In this document: in pieces, positions 1 to 12,627 of the stretch
Layout of the letters: each line of letters opens with the position of its first letter
Numbering within the stretch: position 1 is the stretch's first letter
Origin: Chiloscyllium plagiosum
Lineage: Eukaryota
DNA: 64,000 nucleotides
Reading direction: 5' to 3'
NCBI RefSeq assembly: GCF_004010195.1
Contig: NC_057711.1
Coordinates: forward strand, 72,082,845-72,146,844
Made by a program: the position numbers and the translations under genes
Notes under the pieces: model-generated
Database searches by the model: none
Told to the model about the DNA's origin: nothing
What the model saw: only the letters and a program-made list of their open reading frames with translations

Positions 1-530
1 CCTCCAAACGGACCCCACCACCAGGAATATATTTCCCTCCCCTCCCCTATCAGCATTCCGAAAAGACCACTCACTCCGTGACTCCCTCATCAGGTTCACA
101 CCCCCCACCAACCCAACCTCCACTCCCGGCACCTTCCCCTGCAACCGCAAGAAATGCAAAACTTGCGCCAACACCTCCCCCCTTACTTCCCTCCAAGGCC
201 CCAAGGGACACTTCCATATCCGCCACAAATTAACCTGCACCTCCACACACATCATCTATTGCATCTGCTGCACCCGATGTGGCCTCCTCTATATTGGGGA
301 GACAGGCCGCCTACTTGCGGAACGTTTCAGAGAACACCTCTGGGACACCCGGACCAACCAACCCAACCACCCCGTAGCCCAACACTTTAACTCCCCCTAC
401 CTTTTATCTTAGCCTGCTGGACACATTTTCCTCATTCCTGAAGAAGGGCTTATGCCCGAAACGTCGATTCTCCTGTTCCTTGGATGCTGCCTGACCTGCT
501 GTGCTTTTCCAGCAAAATATTTTCAGCTCT
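1..530 (+). mobile_element. Penelope-like element 3' fragment: Cys-rich linker, GIY-YIG endonuclease and pseudo-LTR (family A)
   Basis: Frame 2 is open from 2 to 412: LQTDPTTRNIFPSPPLSAFRKDHSLRDSL...CNRKKCKTC...IIYCICCTRCGLLYIGETGRLLAERFREHL...PVAQHFNSP, i.e. GIY-YIG preceded by a Cys cluster (Neptune-like). An internal deletion near 397 joins it to the terminal repeat. Confidence 0.9.
438..465 (+). ncRNA. Minimal hammerhead ribozyme core (family A)
   Basis: CTGAAGA-A-GGGC TTAT GCCC-GAAA-CGTC: intact core, 4 bp helix II, ACGT palindrome, GUC cleavage triplet; helix I short or imperfect. Confidence 0.75.
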
Positions 531-717
531 AACCTGTTCCACTTACCACACTATTAATACGGTTGGACCAGTTAGATTTCTGGTCAATGGTAACCGCGTT
601 GATGGTGATTGTACAACTGCAATCCCATTATGTCCAAATATCATTGAGTTACTTTTAAGAAAGCCTGAACAGGGAAATTGGTGCAATTTTACTGCTTGGT
701 ACATGCAGATTTACAGT

Positions 718-1750
718 CAAGAGTGTGGTGCAGGAAAAGCACAGCAGGTCAGGCAGCGTTCGAGGAGCAGAAAAATCAACATTTCCGGCAAAAGTCCTTC
801 ATTAGGAATGAGGCTGGGAGCCTTGGGGGTGGAGAGATAAATGGGAGGGAGTGTGGCTGGAGGGAGGGTAGCTGAGAGTGCAATAGGTGGATGGAGGTGA
901 GGGTAATGGTGATAGGTTGGAGGGGAGGGTGGTGCAGGTAGGTGGGAAGGAAGATGGACAGGTAGGACAGATCATGAGAGCAATGCTAAGCTGGAAGGTT
1001 GGAACTGGGATAAGGTTGGGGGAGGGAAAATGAGGAAATTCACATTGATGCCATGGGGTTGGAGGGTCCCGAGGTGGAAGATGAAACGTTTAGGTTTTAA
1101 TTTAGATTTTTAAGATTCCCTACAGCGTGGAAACAGGCCCAACAAGTCCACACCGACCCTCCAAAGAGCATCCCACCCAGACCCATTCCCCTCATTTACC
1201 CCTGACTAATGCACCTAACACTATGGGCAATTTACCATGGCCAATTCACCTAACTTGCACATCTTTGTAACTGTGGGAGGAAACCGGAGCACCCGGAGGA
1301 AGCTCATGCATACACGGGGAGAATGTGCAAACTCCACACAAACACGTGCCCGCGGTGGGAATTGAACCCGGGTCCCTGGTGCTGTGAGGCAGCAGTGCTA
1401 ACCACAGAGCCACCATGCCACGTTCTTCCTCCAAGCGTCAGGTGGTAAGGGAGTGACAATGGAGGAGGCCTTGGCAGAGTAGCAGGGAGAGTTGAAGTGT
1501 TCGGTGGGGTTGGTTGGTGCAGATGTCCTGGAGATGTTCTCCGAAGCATTCTGGGAGTATCCTGGAGATGTTCTCTGAAGCGCTTCCTGGAGATGTTCTC
1601 TGAAGTGTTGTATCCCAGCCTCATTCCTGGTGAAGAACTGATACCCGAAACATCGATTCTCCTGCTCTTCAGATGCTGCCTGAACTGCTGTGCTTTTCCA
1701 GCACCACACTCTCAACTCTACTCTCCAGCATCTGCAGTCTTCACGTTCGC
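718..1750. mobile_element. Fold-back Penelope-like insertion (long minus arm, short plus arm) with 19 bp TSD
   Basis: GTACATGCAGATTTACAGT at 699-717 and 1751-1769. Inverted pseudo-LTRs at ~718-815 and ~1613-1750. The minus arm includes RFREHL GIY-YIG remnants. Confidence 0.85.
1091..1421 (-). mobile_element. HE1-type tRNA-derived SINE nested in the Penelope insertion
   Basis: Reverse complement of the GTGGC..GGTGGCTC.GTGGTTAGCACTGCTGCCTCACAGC head, B-box GGTTCAATTCC and GGGCCTGTTTCCAC tail. Confidence 0.9.
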
Positions 1751-4029
1751 GTACATGCAGATTTACAGTTGATCTAAAAATCAAGAAGATCTTTGGGTAA
1801 GTGTAAAAGTCTTCCTATGTGGTTCACAATGAACAGGAGTACTCTTTTGGGCCTGAGAGAAAGCTGTATCTTCCATCTCCCAGGTTTCATTTTCCTAAAA
1901 GCTGCCAACAGCTGCATTTAACCTGATACTGCTAGGGATTACCTTGTGCCGTCTTCCTGACCTTTCTTAGACTGGAACCAGAATAAGGACATTGAATCCC
2001 AGAAGTTAAAATTGGTGTAGTCTCTTCCTGCTTCCATCTTCACTGAGCAGTATCCCACCAAAACCTTTCCCAAGTTAAAATCCTTCCTCAATATCAATTC
2101 AAATTACAATTTCGGCAAAAAAAATAGATTCCTGCTTGACACATTAAAGAAATCCCATTTTATTGTCATAGACTATTGTCATAGTCAACTGAGCAAAAGT
2201 GTCCTCACTTTAGTACATTCCTAGGAAGTGAGAAAGCTTTATCTTGAAAAGATACTTCTCGGTTGCAGTGAACAGCTAGTATATACAGGTTGTATTAGAA
2301 ACAGGTCAATACACAACACATCCTAGCTTTAATACAAACCTGAATTAAACTAAAAGTATTGGGAACATGTACTTATACTTTTAGGGAACTCAGTCCCATC
2401 TCTGATGATATTATCCTCATCAAAGAAATAAAGATGTCTTCAATTTCTTGTAGATGTGTGTTTGAAAGAATGTAATTCTGCAGTCTTTCACATTTCTGAC
2501 AATCTTTATAAGGTCTATGATTGTATAAATTTTTAAGCTTTCTCTTTGAAAAATATTGTGAGCCCTGAGGAGGTTTATATGCGAATTTGACACTGTTCAT
2601 CCACATTTGACAACACCTTAAAAAGGATTTGAGGGAACATGATCTGACAAAAGCTTTTATGAATTCATCACTGAAGATTTGTTAAGCCTGCTCTCAGCAA
2701 TAGCTCAAGGAGAAAGAACACTATTCAAATAGAGATGAATTATGATCTTTCAAAAGATTACCACCATCTATAAACGGGTTTGTCCTGCAGCTAAACAGCT
2801 TTTGACCAGGTTACTTATGAATGTTACTAGTTCTGCTTGAGGGGAGGGAAAAATATGCAGTTTTTCCACTGATGTTGAATTTCTCGTTGCGGAAACTGAA
2901 AGGGTTCTGTTCAGCATTGGTTGCAGTTTTAACATAGATGAACATAACTCCAGCAACAGCTGACATGTGTTGCAATGATTTTAAATGGGTGAAAACTGAA
3001 CCAGGACGACAGATTGCTATGTGCTGAATCCATTATGTTTAAAGAACTGAATGCTTGCATGGGTCTATTTCTAACTCGTGTTTTTAATAGCTGATACTTT
3101 TGGGCACAGAGTAATCTGAATGGAATTTTTTAATCTTTGTTTCTACACTAAAGAACAAGGAAAAACGTTTACATCCTAGGCAATACTTAATTAAATACAC
3201 AGCTCTCACTCTATATGTAGCTAAGGACTATTTTTATCTTAATGAACAATTTTCTAAAGTGTCTTTTCCGAAACATTTTCTAAAATGCCAGGACAAATAT
3301 TCACTTCAATTCAATGAAACAAGTATTCTGCAGATTGGAATGTTCCCCCCAAATGAATTACTCATGCATGTTAAAACTTTGGTGCTTGAATTGAAAGAAG
3401 CTAATTTGGTTCATATTGCAATCGAACATATCATGTTCTCTTTGAGCGTAAGGTCACTAACTTGCTTCCTTCCTTGGTTTATTACAGAGGAATCAGGATT
3501 CATAAGGAAAATATTAGAATCTTTATTGACAACAGAAATTCCGCACTGACACACTTCATGTATCTTAAGTTGACAAATATGGAATGGGATTGGTTTTTTT
3601 CTGGAGCTAAAATTATTGTGCGCGTAACAGCAACTTGCATTTATATAGCAGTTTGAATATAATGATGAAAGATGTTTCCCAGGAATGTGGACAAAAGTTT
3701 CAGGTTCTGTGTTCAGACAGTATTTTGTAATATGCAAAGGAGAACTTCACAGTTGTGACCTGTATCAAATAATCACCACAGAAGGAACTGATTTAACTGT
3801 ACACCATGTATAAGATCATAAGGAAAACAAATATTATTGCATTTATATGCAAATGTTAAGGTAATAAAAGAACCCCAAGTGGTTTCACAAGAGCATTAAC
3901 AAACAAAACTTGATATTGAGTCATATGTAATACAATGTGAGGAAAGATGGTAAAAACCTTGGTCAAGGTTTTAAGCAGTGTCTTAAAGGAAGAGATCAAG
4001 GGGGAAAAGGTAGAAAGAATTAGATTGGA

Positions 4030-4269
4030 AAAGCCTCCACGCTCCTCTCCAACCGATCACCTTCTTCACCTCCAACTGATGACCAACTTCATCCACTTAT
4101 CACACTCTCAGCACCTTCCCCCCAGCTCCAGCCCCCCTTCCATTTATCTCTGCACCCCCTTGGCTCACAAGCCTCATTCCTGAGGAAGGGCTTTTGCCCG
4201 AAACATCAATTCTCCTGCTCCTCGGATGCTGCCTGACCTGCTGTGCTTTTCCAGCACCACACTCTCGAC
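4030..4269 (+). mobile_element. Penelope 3' UTR and pseudo-LTR fragment (family A) with hammerhead-like core at 4180-4207
   Basis: CTGAGGA-A-GGGC TTTT GCCC-GAAA-CATC followed by GGATGCTGCCTGACCTGCTGTGCTTTTCCAGCA. Confidence 0.8.
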
Positions 4270-4774
4270 ACTGGTAAAGCTTGTGTGCTTGGTGGTTGAA
4301 ATCATGGCCATCGATGATGGAGTGATAAAAATCAGGGCTGCACAAAAGGCCAGTATTGAAAGGAAGCAGATATCTTGAAGGGGTGTGTCATAAAGCTAGA
4401 GGGGTTTACAGACAAAGGGAGGGTTGAGAGCATATTGCAACAAATTCCTAATTTAAAATAAAACTCCCAAAGCAAATATGACCCTGATGACACCCTCACC
4501 TCACTCTGGAGTTGAGCTCTTTTGTCCATGATTGAACTAAAGCTGTAAGGACATCAGGAGCTAAGTGGTCCTGACAGAACCCAAACTGAGCACTGGTCAG
4601 CTGGTTATTGTTATGTCATGCTAGTTGATAGCCCTGTGGATGATGCACTCCTTCACTTCATGGATTATTGACGGTAGGCTGATGAGGTAGTAATTTGATG
4701 AATTGCATTTGTCCTGTGTTTTGTGCTCAGAATATAGCTGATTTTGCTTCCAATTTCCATCTTTCCTGCATGTT

Positions 4775-5325
4775 CAGCTGGTCCATCTATGACTCCTCCT
4801 TTCCTTTCCTTGACTTCTCTGTTTCCATTTCTGAGAATAGGCTATCCATAGTTATCCATTACAAGCCCAACGGCACCCAGTTACCTTGACTAAAACTCTT
4901 CATACCTTGTTTCCTGCAAGGATTTCATTCCATTCCAGCCCAGTTTCTCCATCTCCATACCACCTTCCACCGGGTTTCTCCAACTTGACCATTTTTTGCC
5001 TCAACTGAGGAATTCCTCCACTCACTCCCGCATTGTGATTGATGGAGTCTTTAGATACATTTGTCCCATTTCCCACACCACCACCATTTAGCAGGGACCC
5101 ATTACTTACATGACACCCCAGTCCACTGCTCTGCCACTCTTAACGCTTTTAACCCTGACCTTTCATTTCCTCCCTCCTCACTGACCTTGGCCCCAAATAT
5201 ACCTTCCAGGTGAAGCAGCAATTCACTTGCACTTACTTCACTTATTTCCTTCTTTAAAATCTTGTCTACTGCATTTGTTACTCACAATACATTGCATTCT
5301 ACATTGGTGAGATCAAACACAAGAC
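4775..5325 (+). mobile_element. Decayed Penelope-like RT C-terminus to GIY-YIG fragment
   Basis: Translates to WSIYDSSFPFLDFSVSISENRLSIVIHYKP (PFLD...YKP motif), and later TACATTGGTGAG (YIGE). Confidence 0.65.
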
Positions 5326-5365
5326 ATTCTTTAATTTAAAAATGATACTTTATTCATTAAAATAT

Positions 5366-5705
5366 GGGTGGCACAGTAGCTCAGTGGTTAGCACTGCTGC
5401 CTCACAGTGCCAGGGACCCAGGTTCGATTCCCGCCTCAGGCAACTGTCTGTGTGGAGTTTGCATGTTCTTCCCGTGTCTGCGTGGGTTTCCTCCGGGCGC
5501 TCCAGTTTACTCACACAGTCCAAAGATGTGCAAGTCAGGTGAATTGGTTGTGCTAATTTGCCCATATTGTTCAGGGACTTGCAGGTTAGGTACATTAGTC
5601 AGGGCTAAATGTAGAAAAATAGGGTTGGGGAGTGGGTCTGGGTGGGTTACTTTTCAGAGGGTTGGGCCAAATGGCCTGTTTCTACACTGTAGGAATTCTA
5701 TGATC
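5366..5705 (+). mobile_element. HE1-type SINE, near full length
   Basis: tRNA-like head with A/B boxes, GTCTGTGTGGAGTTTGCA core, and tail shared with the HER1 LINE. Confidence 0.92.
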
Positions 5706-5800
5706 ATAATAGTAACTAAAGCTGCTCGGTATAGTCACATATGAAGAAACAAACAAACGGACTTTCATTCTAACCAGCAAACCAGCTAAAGGCATTTCTT

Positions 5801-5897
5801 AGTTCTGAGGAAGGGTGATTACACTAGAAATGTTAACTAATTTCTCTTCACAGATGCTGCCGGACCTGCTGAGCTTTTCCAGCAACTTCTGTTTTTG
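5801..5897 (+). mobile_element. Penelope-type pseudo-LTR family B with degenerate hammerhead (related copies at ~6690-6810 and ~7034-7145)
   Basis: AGTT-CTGAGGA-A-GGGTG..CACTA-GAAA-TGTT-AACT followed by CAGATGCTGCCGGACCTGCTGAGCTTTTCCAGCA. Confidence 0.65.
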
Positions 5898-8391
5898 TCA
5901 AAAGCAAGATTTTTGTCAAAAGCATGCATTTGAGGCATCATGGGATAACTGAATGTCTCCCTATTTAACTTTGGCAGAAACACCTTAGAAGGTGATCTGT
6001 CACTTGGTGACAGCTGCCCCAAGCATTAGTGCATCCCTCAGTCCTGGGGTGTGCCAGTCTGCTACACTTGGTCCAGGTCAACGTCTTACACTGAAAGATC
6101 AACAAGTTTCAGACAGACCAAAGACTGTCTTTCACTGAGTTGATGGTCCTCCAGTCAATGTTTATCTCGATGTACATCCTGGGGAACAGTTTGTAGAGGA
6201 CAGAGTCTTGCGTCACGAAGCCACTCATGATCAACCCTCTGCTCTATCTGCAATGACCCTGACCTCACCTCCCAGTTGTCATTTCTAGAAACCACCTTGC
6301 TTTCACAGCCAGCTGCAGTCTAGCAGGGAAGCACAATACAAGCTCCAGAAGTGACATCTCATTTCCTGCTTAGGCATTTTATAGCCCCGAGGTCACAACA
6401 TTGAATTCCATTCAGAGCCTGACCACATGACGCCTGTATTTTATTCTTATATTTTATCACCATAGCATCCCCACCCCACACCCCCACAACCTTGTCTTTA
6501 TGTTTTGTTTACTTTGCTCTTAGTAGAGAGGATATGTTTCTCCCTTTCACACCTTAATTTACACCCGGTTTACAGCTCTTTTACTGCCATTAACAACCTG
6601 TTTGTCATTTACGCTAGGCCTCTACCATCTGCCTCCTTCATCCTCCACTGCCTCTGTCAAAAATCTCTAAAAACAAATTTCCAATACCTTTCAATTTGGA
6701 GGAAAAGCCATACTGGACTTAAAACGTTAACTCTGTTTCTCTGTCTACACATACTGCCGGACCTGCTGAGTTTCTCCAGCATTTTCTGTGTTTGTTTCAG
6801 ATTTCCAGCACTCCCCCCGCCCCCCCCCCCCCCCGTATTTTGCTTTTATTGTTGTCCCCATACTGGAGCAGCTTGGCTCGGTCAGGGGTCACCAAGTTCT
6901 AGAGCACAAGTGTTCAGTACTGTTGCTGGATTGGTGTCAGGACCTATGCAGTTTCCAATGCCTTCAGCCATTTCTTGACATCACATGAAGTGAATCAAGT
7001 TGGATGAAGATGGGATCAAAACCTGAAATGCAGAGAAGGGTCACTGGACTCGAAACATTAACTCTGCATTCTCCCCACAGATGCTGTCAGAACTGCTTGA
7101 GTTGCCTCAGCGATTAACTGTTTTTGTTTCAGATTTCCAGCATCCCCAATTCTTTCATCATTTAATGTGACTGAAGACTGGCGTCTGTAATGATGATAAT
7201 CTCCAAAGGATAATGGATGATTCACTCAACACTTGAGGTTGAAGGTTGTTACAAATGTCTCAGCAGGGCATCCCTATCATCGAGGATAGAGATGTCTGTG
7301 GACCCTTCTCGTCCAGTGAGTTGTTTAATTATCCAAGACCATTCACAACCAGATGTGGCACGATTACAAAGTTAGATCTTATCCATTGGTTATGGAATCA
7401 TTTAGTCCTGTCGATCACTTGCTGTTTGTGCTCTTTGGTGAGTAGGAAATCTTGTTTTATAGCCACAGAAGATCGACATCTCATTTTTAGGTACGCCTGG
7501 TACTGTGCCCATCAAATCAATATCATATGAACAAGCAGAAGAGACAATCTACCAGTAATGACAGGAAGATCCCATTTGTTTTATGTGTGCTTATGCAAAG
7601 TAGCACAACCTATCTATCAAAGGTTCAGAGCATGTATAAAAAGTGATGTAAAGTTGTAAAGGGTGTATGGATATCTTCATTGAATCTAAACTGTCTATTA
7701 ATTAGGTGATTAGTCTTTTGCTTTTAAAGGTAATTTCATATTGACTGGCATTCTTTCCCACAATAACACATTTAAAGGCGTTCCCTTCACATTAATGGCT
7801 ACTGGCCAAGTGCTGGAAATTGGGGTTAGAATAGTTAGGTAATTGTTTTCGACCAGCTCAGACTCAATGGGTCTTTTTCTGTGCTGTAGACCTCTATGAG
7901 CCTATAAATGGACAAACTTTCCAATTATATGGCACCGGGGCCATTGAAAATGAGGCATTAAAATGTGTCAGAAAGAGCTGTTAGATGTCATGCAAAACAC
8001 GGAGTTATTGATCACTAAAACTCTATTCAGCAGCATCATCACCAGCAGAATGGTAATAAACGAGAGAACAGAACTCAGGAGTCATGGATCCCTGCTTGAG
8101 TGCCAGCAATATAAAAATGTCTTTTGAGACGACCTGGGCAAGTTGTGATCTGTAGAATCTACAATTCAGCACGTCTGACACCTGATAGGCTTGTTCTACA
8201 AGTGTCAGGTCTGTCTGAAGCAGATGATGATAGGAAAGATTTACACAGAAGAATTCAGAGCCAGTTTTGAAGGACTACCCTGCAGGTGAATGTTTCAACA
8301 GGCTCGAGCTCCCTGATGTGCTGCTCGTGAAAACTCAGGAAAATGAGCTGCATCAAAGAAGAGAACACATAAGAGAAAAGCCTTTGGATAA

Positions 8392-8895
8392 CAGAAAAGA
8401 TTTACAAGGATGTTGCCAGGCTTAGAGGATTTGAGCTATAGGGAGAGGCTGAACAGACTGGGGCTGTTTTTCCTGGAGTGTGAGAGGCTGAGGTTTACAG
8501 AGGTTATAGAGGTTTACAAAATCATGAGGGGCATGGATAGGATAAATAGACAAAGTCTTTTCCCTGGGGTGGGGGAATCCAAAACTAGAGGGCAGAAGTC
8601 TAGGGTGAGAGGGGAAAGATATAAAAGAGACCTAAGAGGCAACTTTTTTCACACAGAGGGTGGTACATGTATGGAATGAGCTGCCAGAGGAAGTGGTGGA
8701 GGCTGGTACAATTACAGGCTTTAAAAGGCATCTGGATGGGTATATGATTAAGAAGGTTTTGGAGGGATATGGGCCGGGTGCTGGCAGATGGGACTAGATT
8801 GGGTTGGGATATCTGGTCGGCATTGACGACTTGGACCGAAGGGTCTGTTTCTGTGCTTGTATGACTTTCTATGACTCAATGACTCTATGATTCTA
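8392..8895 (+). mobile_element. CR1/HER1 LINE 3' fragment
   Basis: MLPGLEDLSYRERLNRLGLF, and TGGAATGAGCTGCCA (WNELP) downstream; ends in GACTCTAT-type tandem tail. Confidence 0.92.
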
Positions 8896-9119
8896 AATTG
8901 TGTGAAATCAATACAGTTTCTGCAATATGCAATGATTTACATACTGAAATGAAACAAAGGGCTAGGTTAAAAGACGAATATACCGTACTCTTTGTTTTCT
9001 AACTAGTTTGTTTACAAGTACTGGGGACCTCAGTTGGCAGAGTGCTAGAACCTGGAATGGGACAGTCATGATGTGCAGTGACAGAGTGTGTGATGAGAGT
9101 AGGTCATTGAGTTGTACAG

Positions 9120-9325
9120 GGAGAAAGTGAGGACTGCAGGTGCTGAAGATCAGAATCGAGAGCATGGTGCTGGAAAAGCACAGCAGGTCAGGCAACATCC
9201 GAGGAGCAGGAGAATCGACGTTTCGGGCATAATTCCTAGTGAAGGGCTTATGCCTGAAATGTCGATTCTCCTGCTCCTCGGATGCTGCCTGACCTGCTGT
9301 GCTTTTCCAGCTCCACACTCTCGAC
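9120..9325. mobile_element. Fold-back pseudo-LTR pair (family A) with degenerate 17 bp TSD, inserted in a HER1 tail
   Basis: Inverted arms ~9156-9232 and ~9248-9324. GTCATTGAGTTGTACAG (9103-9119) versus GACATAGAGTTATACAG (9323-9339). Confidence 0.85.
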
Positions 9326-9775
9326 ATAGAGTTATACAGCACAGAAACGGGTCCAACCAAATGTCCTACATTAATCTAGACCCATTTGCGAGCATTTGGC
9401 CCATTTAGGTGTTTGCCAATAATCAATAAGTTCAATTTATGTGAGGTGTGAATCTCAGAAATTCGCACACCCTCAAGGAATCATGAAGGGGGACAATATT
9501 TCAGGATGTGAGTGAAAAGCCAGAGTTTGGAAGGACTGTGTAGTGACCACAAAAATATTACAATATCCACTGATCTCTGGGTGTCACCAAAAGGAATACT
9601 ATGGGCATCATTCCATGAGATAACAAGGCAGGGAGAATATCACACACTCACCTGCCACAGGGATAAAAGATGGGTGCTCTGGTGTCAGCTAGCCACACAG
9701 TGGTGTGACATAGGGGAGACAGTCAGTTAGGATCTACCCACTGGTAGGCAGGATCCCGATGCAGGAGGGGCAAGT

Positions 9776-10290
9776 GATGCACCAAACAACTCCACCACCC
9801 TGTGGCCAACCACTTCAACTCCCACTCCCACTCCACTAAGGACATACAAGTCCTCAGCCTCCTTTCACTGCCAACTCCTAGCCTCCCGATACCTGGAGGA
9901 AGAATGCCTCATTTTCCGCCTTGGGACCCTCCAGCCATATGGCATCAATGTCGCTTTCACCAGTTTCCTTCCATCCCCTCTCCCCACCTCATCCCAGTTC
10001 CATTCCTCCAATTTGGCACCATCCTCTTGACCTGTCCTACCTGTCCATCTTCCTTCCCACCTCTCTGCTGCACCCTCCCCACCGACATATCACCATCAAA
10101 CCCCACCTGCATCTACCTATCGCCTTCCCAGCTGCCTTCCCCCCAGCCCCATTCCTCCTTCTATATATCTCTCAGAACCTTCTCCCCACCACATTCTCAA
10201 TGAAGGGCTTATACTGGAAATGTTGACTCTCCTGCTCCATGGATGCTGCCTGACCTTGCTGTGCTTTTCCAGTGCCACACGTTTCCACCC
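9776..10290 (+). mobile_element. Penelope-like 3' fragment (end of GIY-YIG, 3' UTR, decayed pseudo-LTR)
   Basis: VANHFNSHSHS...IFRLGTLQPYGINVAF followed by a decayed family A repeat. Confidence 0.8.
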
Positions 10291-11042
10291 TGATGCAGAA
10301 AGCCCAATCAGAAGGCCTGCAACATAGGAGCTGGCAGCACCACCACTACAGATGTCCTTTCAGACAGGTAGAGGTCATGAAGGCATTTCAAAATAGGGGC
10401 ACCTTCTAAAACCTTTAATGGTAGAAAATAAAGAACAGTTTCAAGCAGTCAAGCATTGCTTGTGACTCTGGTTGTGGCTTTAATGTAGCTGTGATTCCAA
10501 ATCAGAAAGATTAGGGAAGGCGCTGACAGCTCCTTAGCTCAGGTGCCTCCAGGTATTTATTGTGCTCTCTTCAGAGGGATTCCCATCCAATAGCTTAAAA
10601 ATCATGGCAACTCCAGTGACCTGCCCCAGTTGGCACCTTAATGAGTCTAATTGATTATTGGTACTGCTATGGCCACCAGTAACATTGCTCAGAAGTGTGA
10701 ACATGACAGAGAGCTGACTTGAGGCATGATATTCAAGGTTTGTTCTCATCTCACCTTCAACCTTGACTTTGTAGGGCTGGTTCGGTGCTACCTGAGTGCT
10801 CTTCTTGTTATAATTGCATTTGATGTGTAGCTACCCAGTACTGTGAACCCATCATCACAGTGCCATGTAGAAAGCACTAGCACTTTTAATCCATGGTCTT
10901 CTTTGACTTCACAAAAGCCTTTCAGTTCGGTCAACAGTGAGGTGTAACGGAGTGTCCTCAAATTTTGCTCCCACAGAAATTCATCACTATCTTTTGTCTG
11001 CTGCATGACATCATGCAAGCCTCATGGAGCACCACAGTACTA

Positions 11043-12240
11043 TGTCCTCCTAGTAACTGATTGCTAGGCCAAAGCTCAAAGTAGTCAGCTTGTTTTGGGA
11101 GTTATGTGTCAGGCACGTTGATAAGTAGCTTGACATTGCTGTTGATTGTGCCTCGATGCTGGCGATCTTGGCTTGAGAGATTACTCTGATACTGACATGC
11201 CTTTCCTCCCATTGATCTTTCAAGATTTTGCAGAGGCATCGTTGGTGATATTTCTCCAAGGATTGTGTGCTGTAAGTGGTCCATGTCTCCAATTACACTC
11301 AAGAGGGGAGGAACATGCTGAAGTGTAGATCATGAGAAGTGGGGCTAAGCAAGACTGTGCCATTGCACCAGTGCTCTTCTCCATTTTTATTGCCACAATA
11401 CTCCAGCTCACATCTATGCAGCTTTCTGTTAGAGTGGGGCTAACCTATTGGAGTGGAAACCATTGAATCTACTTCATCTACAATTGAGAACCAATATCAC
11501 TCCAAACTCTGTCATCAAACTGCAATATATAGGTAGTATTTGCGTGTATGCACACTCAGAGTCCAAGCTCTAGTGCCTATAGTGTTATGTGCATTAGTCA
11601 GAGGGAAATGGATCTGGATGGGTTACTCTTTGGAGGGTCGTGTAGACTTACTGGGCCGAGGGGCTTGTTTCCACATTGTAGGGAATCTAATCTATCAAAG
11701 AATCTTTTATTCCAAAGTTGCACTGGAATACTGCAGGCAATGTTGAGTTCCATCAGCTATGTGTTCCCATGCTGTGAGAACGCGCTCAAGACATGAAAAG
11801 TGGCATTAGTGTCCAGTTGTGGATCAGGATAGTTGAAGTGTGGCTCAGCAGGACCAGGCTGAATGAGATCCTTTGTCTTCTGGAGGTTCAGTCTAATGCC
11901 TGTACTTTCATATGTTGTCACGAAAGCAAAGTTTAGAGCTTGGACTCTGAATCTGCATACACGCAAATACTATCCAGCATCGAGGCACAATCAACAGCAA
12001 TGTCAGGCTACTTATCAACGTGCCTGACACATAACTCCCAAAACAAGCTGACTACTTTGAGCTTTGGCCTAGCAATCGGTTACTAGGAGGACAGAGGAAA
12101 CACTTGAAGGACATCCTTAAAACCTCCCTGAAGGATATACAACATTCCACTGGTTCATGAGAATCTCCTGCCCTTTCAGTAAGGGAATCAAAGTTTAGTA
12201 ACAGCATGAGGGACTATGCAAGCCAACATTACTGTAAATG
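11043..12240. mobile_element. Rearranged RTE-clade LINE fragments with an internal HE1 tail (11573-11695)
   Basis: GAKQDCAIAPVLFSIF (RT motif B) on +; GIRLNLQKTK and ETWTTY...LEKYHQRCL on minus; continuation on + after 11974. Confidence 0.75.
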
Positions 12241-12289
12241 GCAATTTCCTTCCTCCATTTCCTTTAACAGGCTCTTTTCTCCCTTTATT

Positions 12290-12535
12290 CCATCACATGA
12301 GTGTTTGTTGTACATCACTATTGCTCTTGAACTGAATGACATGCTCGGCCATTTACAGGGCAGTTTAATGTAGGTTTAGAGTCAAGTGTATGCCAGACTG
12401 GTTAAGGATGATGCTTTGTCATTCCCTAAGTTGCATTAGTGAATGAAGTAAATGATGGACACTGAACCCATGTTCCAAACCATTAGCCTGGCTCTCTGGA
12501 TTCCTAGTCCATTTATATTATTACCACTTCACCTC
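12290..12535 (-). mobile_element. Decayed copy of the second SINE family (see 60491-61056)
   Basis: GGGCAGTTTAA, AGAGTCA..TGTA.GCCAGACTGG and CATTAGTGAA match the reverse complement of the 60.9 kb element. Confidence 0.55.
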
Positions 12536-12627
12536 CATCTCCTTCTCTGTAACTCAGCTATCTCACTCACACCTGGATTTGTGCTATTTCTGTTGGGGGC
12601 TCAAGAAATCCTGGGGCAGATATTTTA

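Noticed and set aside
5364..5744. Recurring WLALLPHSARD ORFs and tRNA-like heads
   Set aside because: Translations of HE1 SINEs; the heads are tRNA-derived but not complete tRNA genes.
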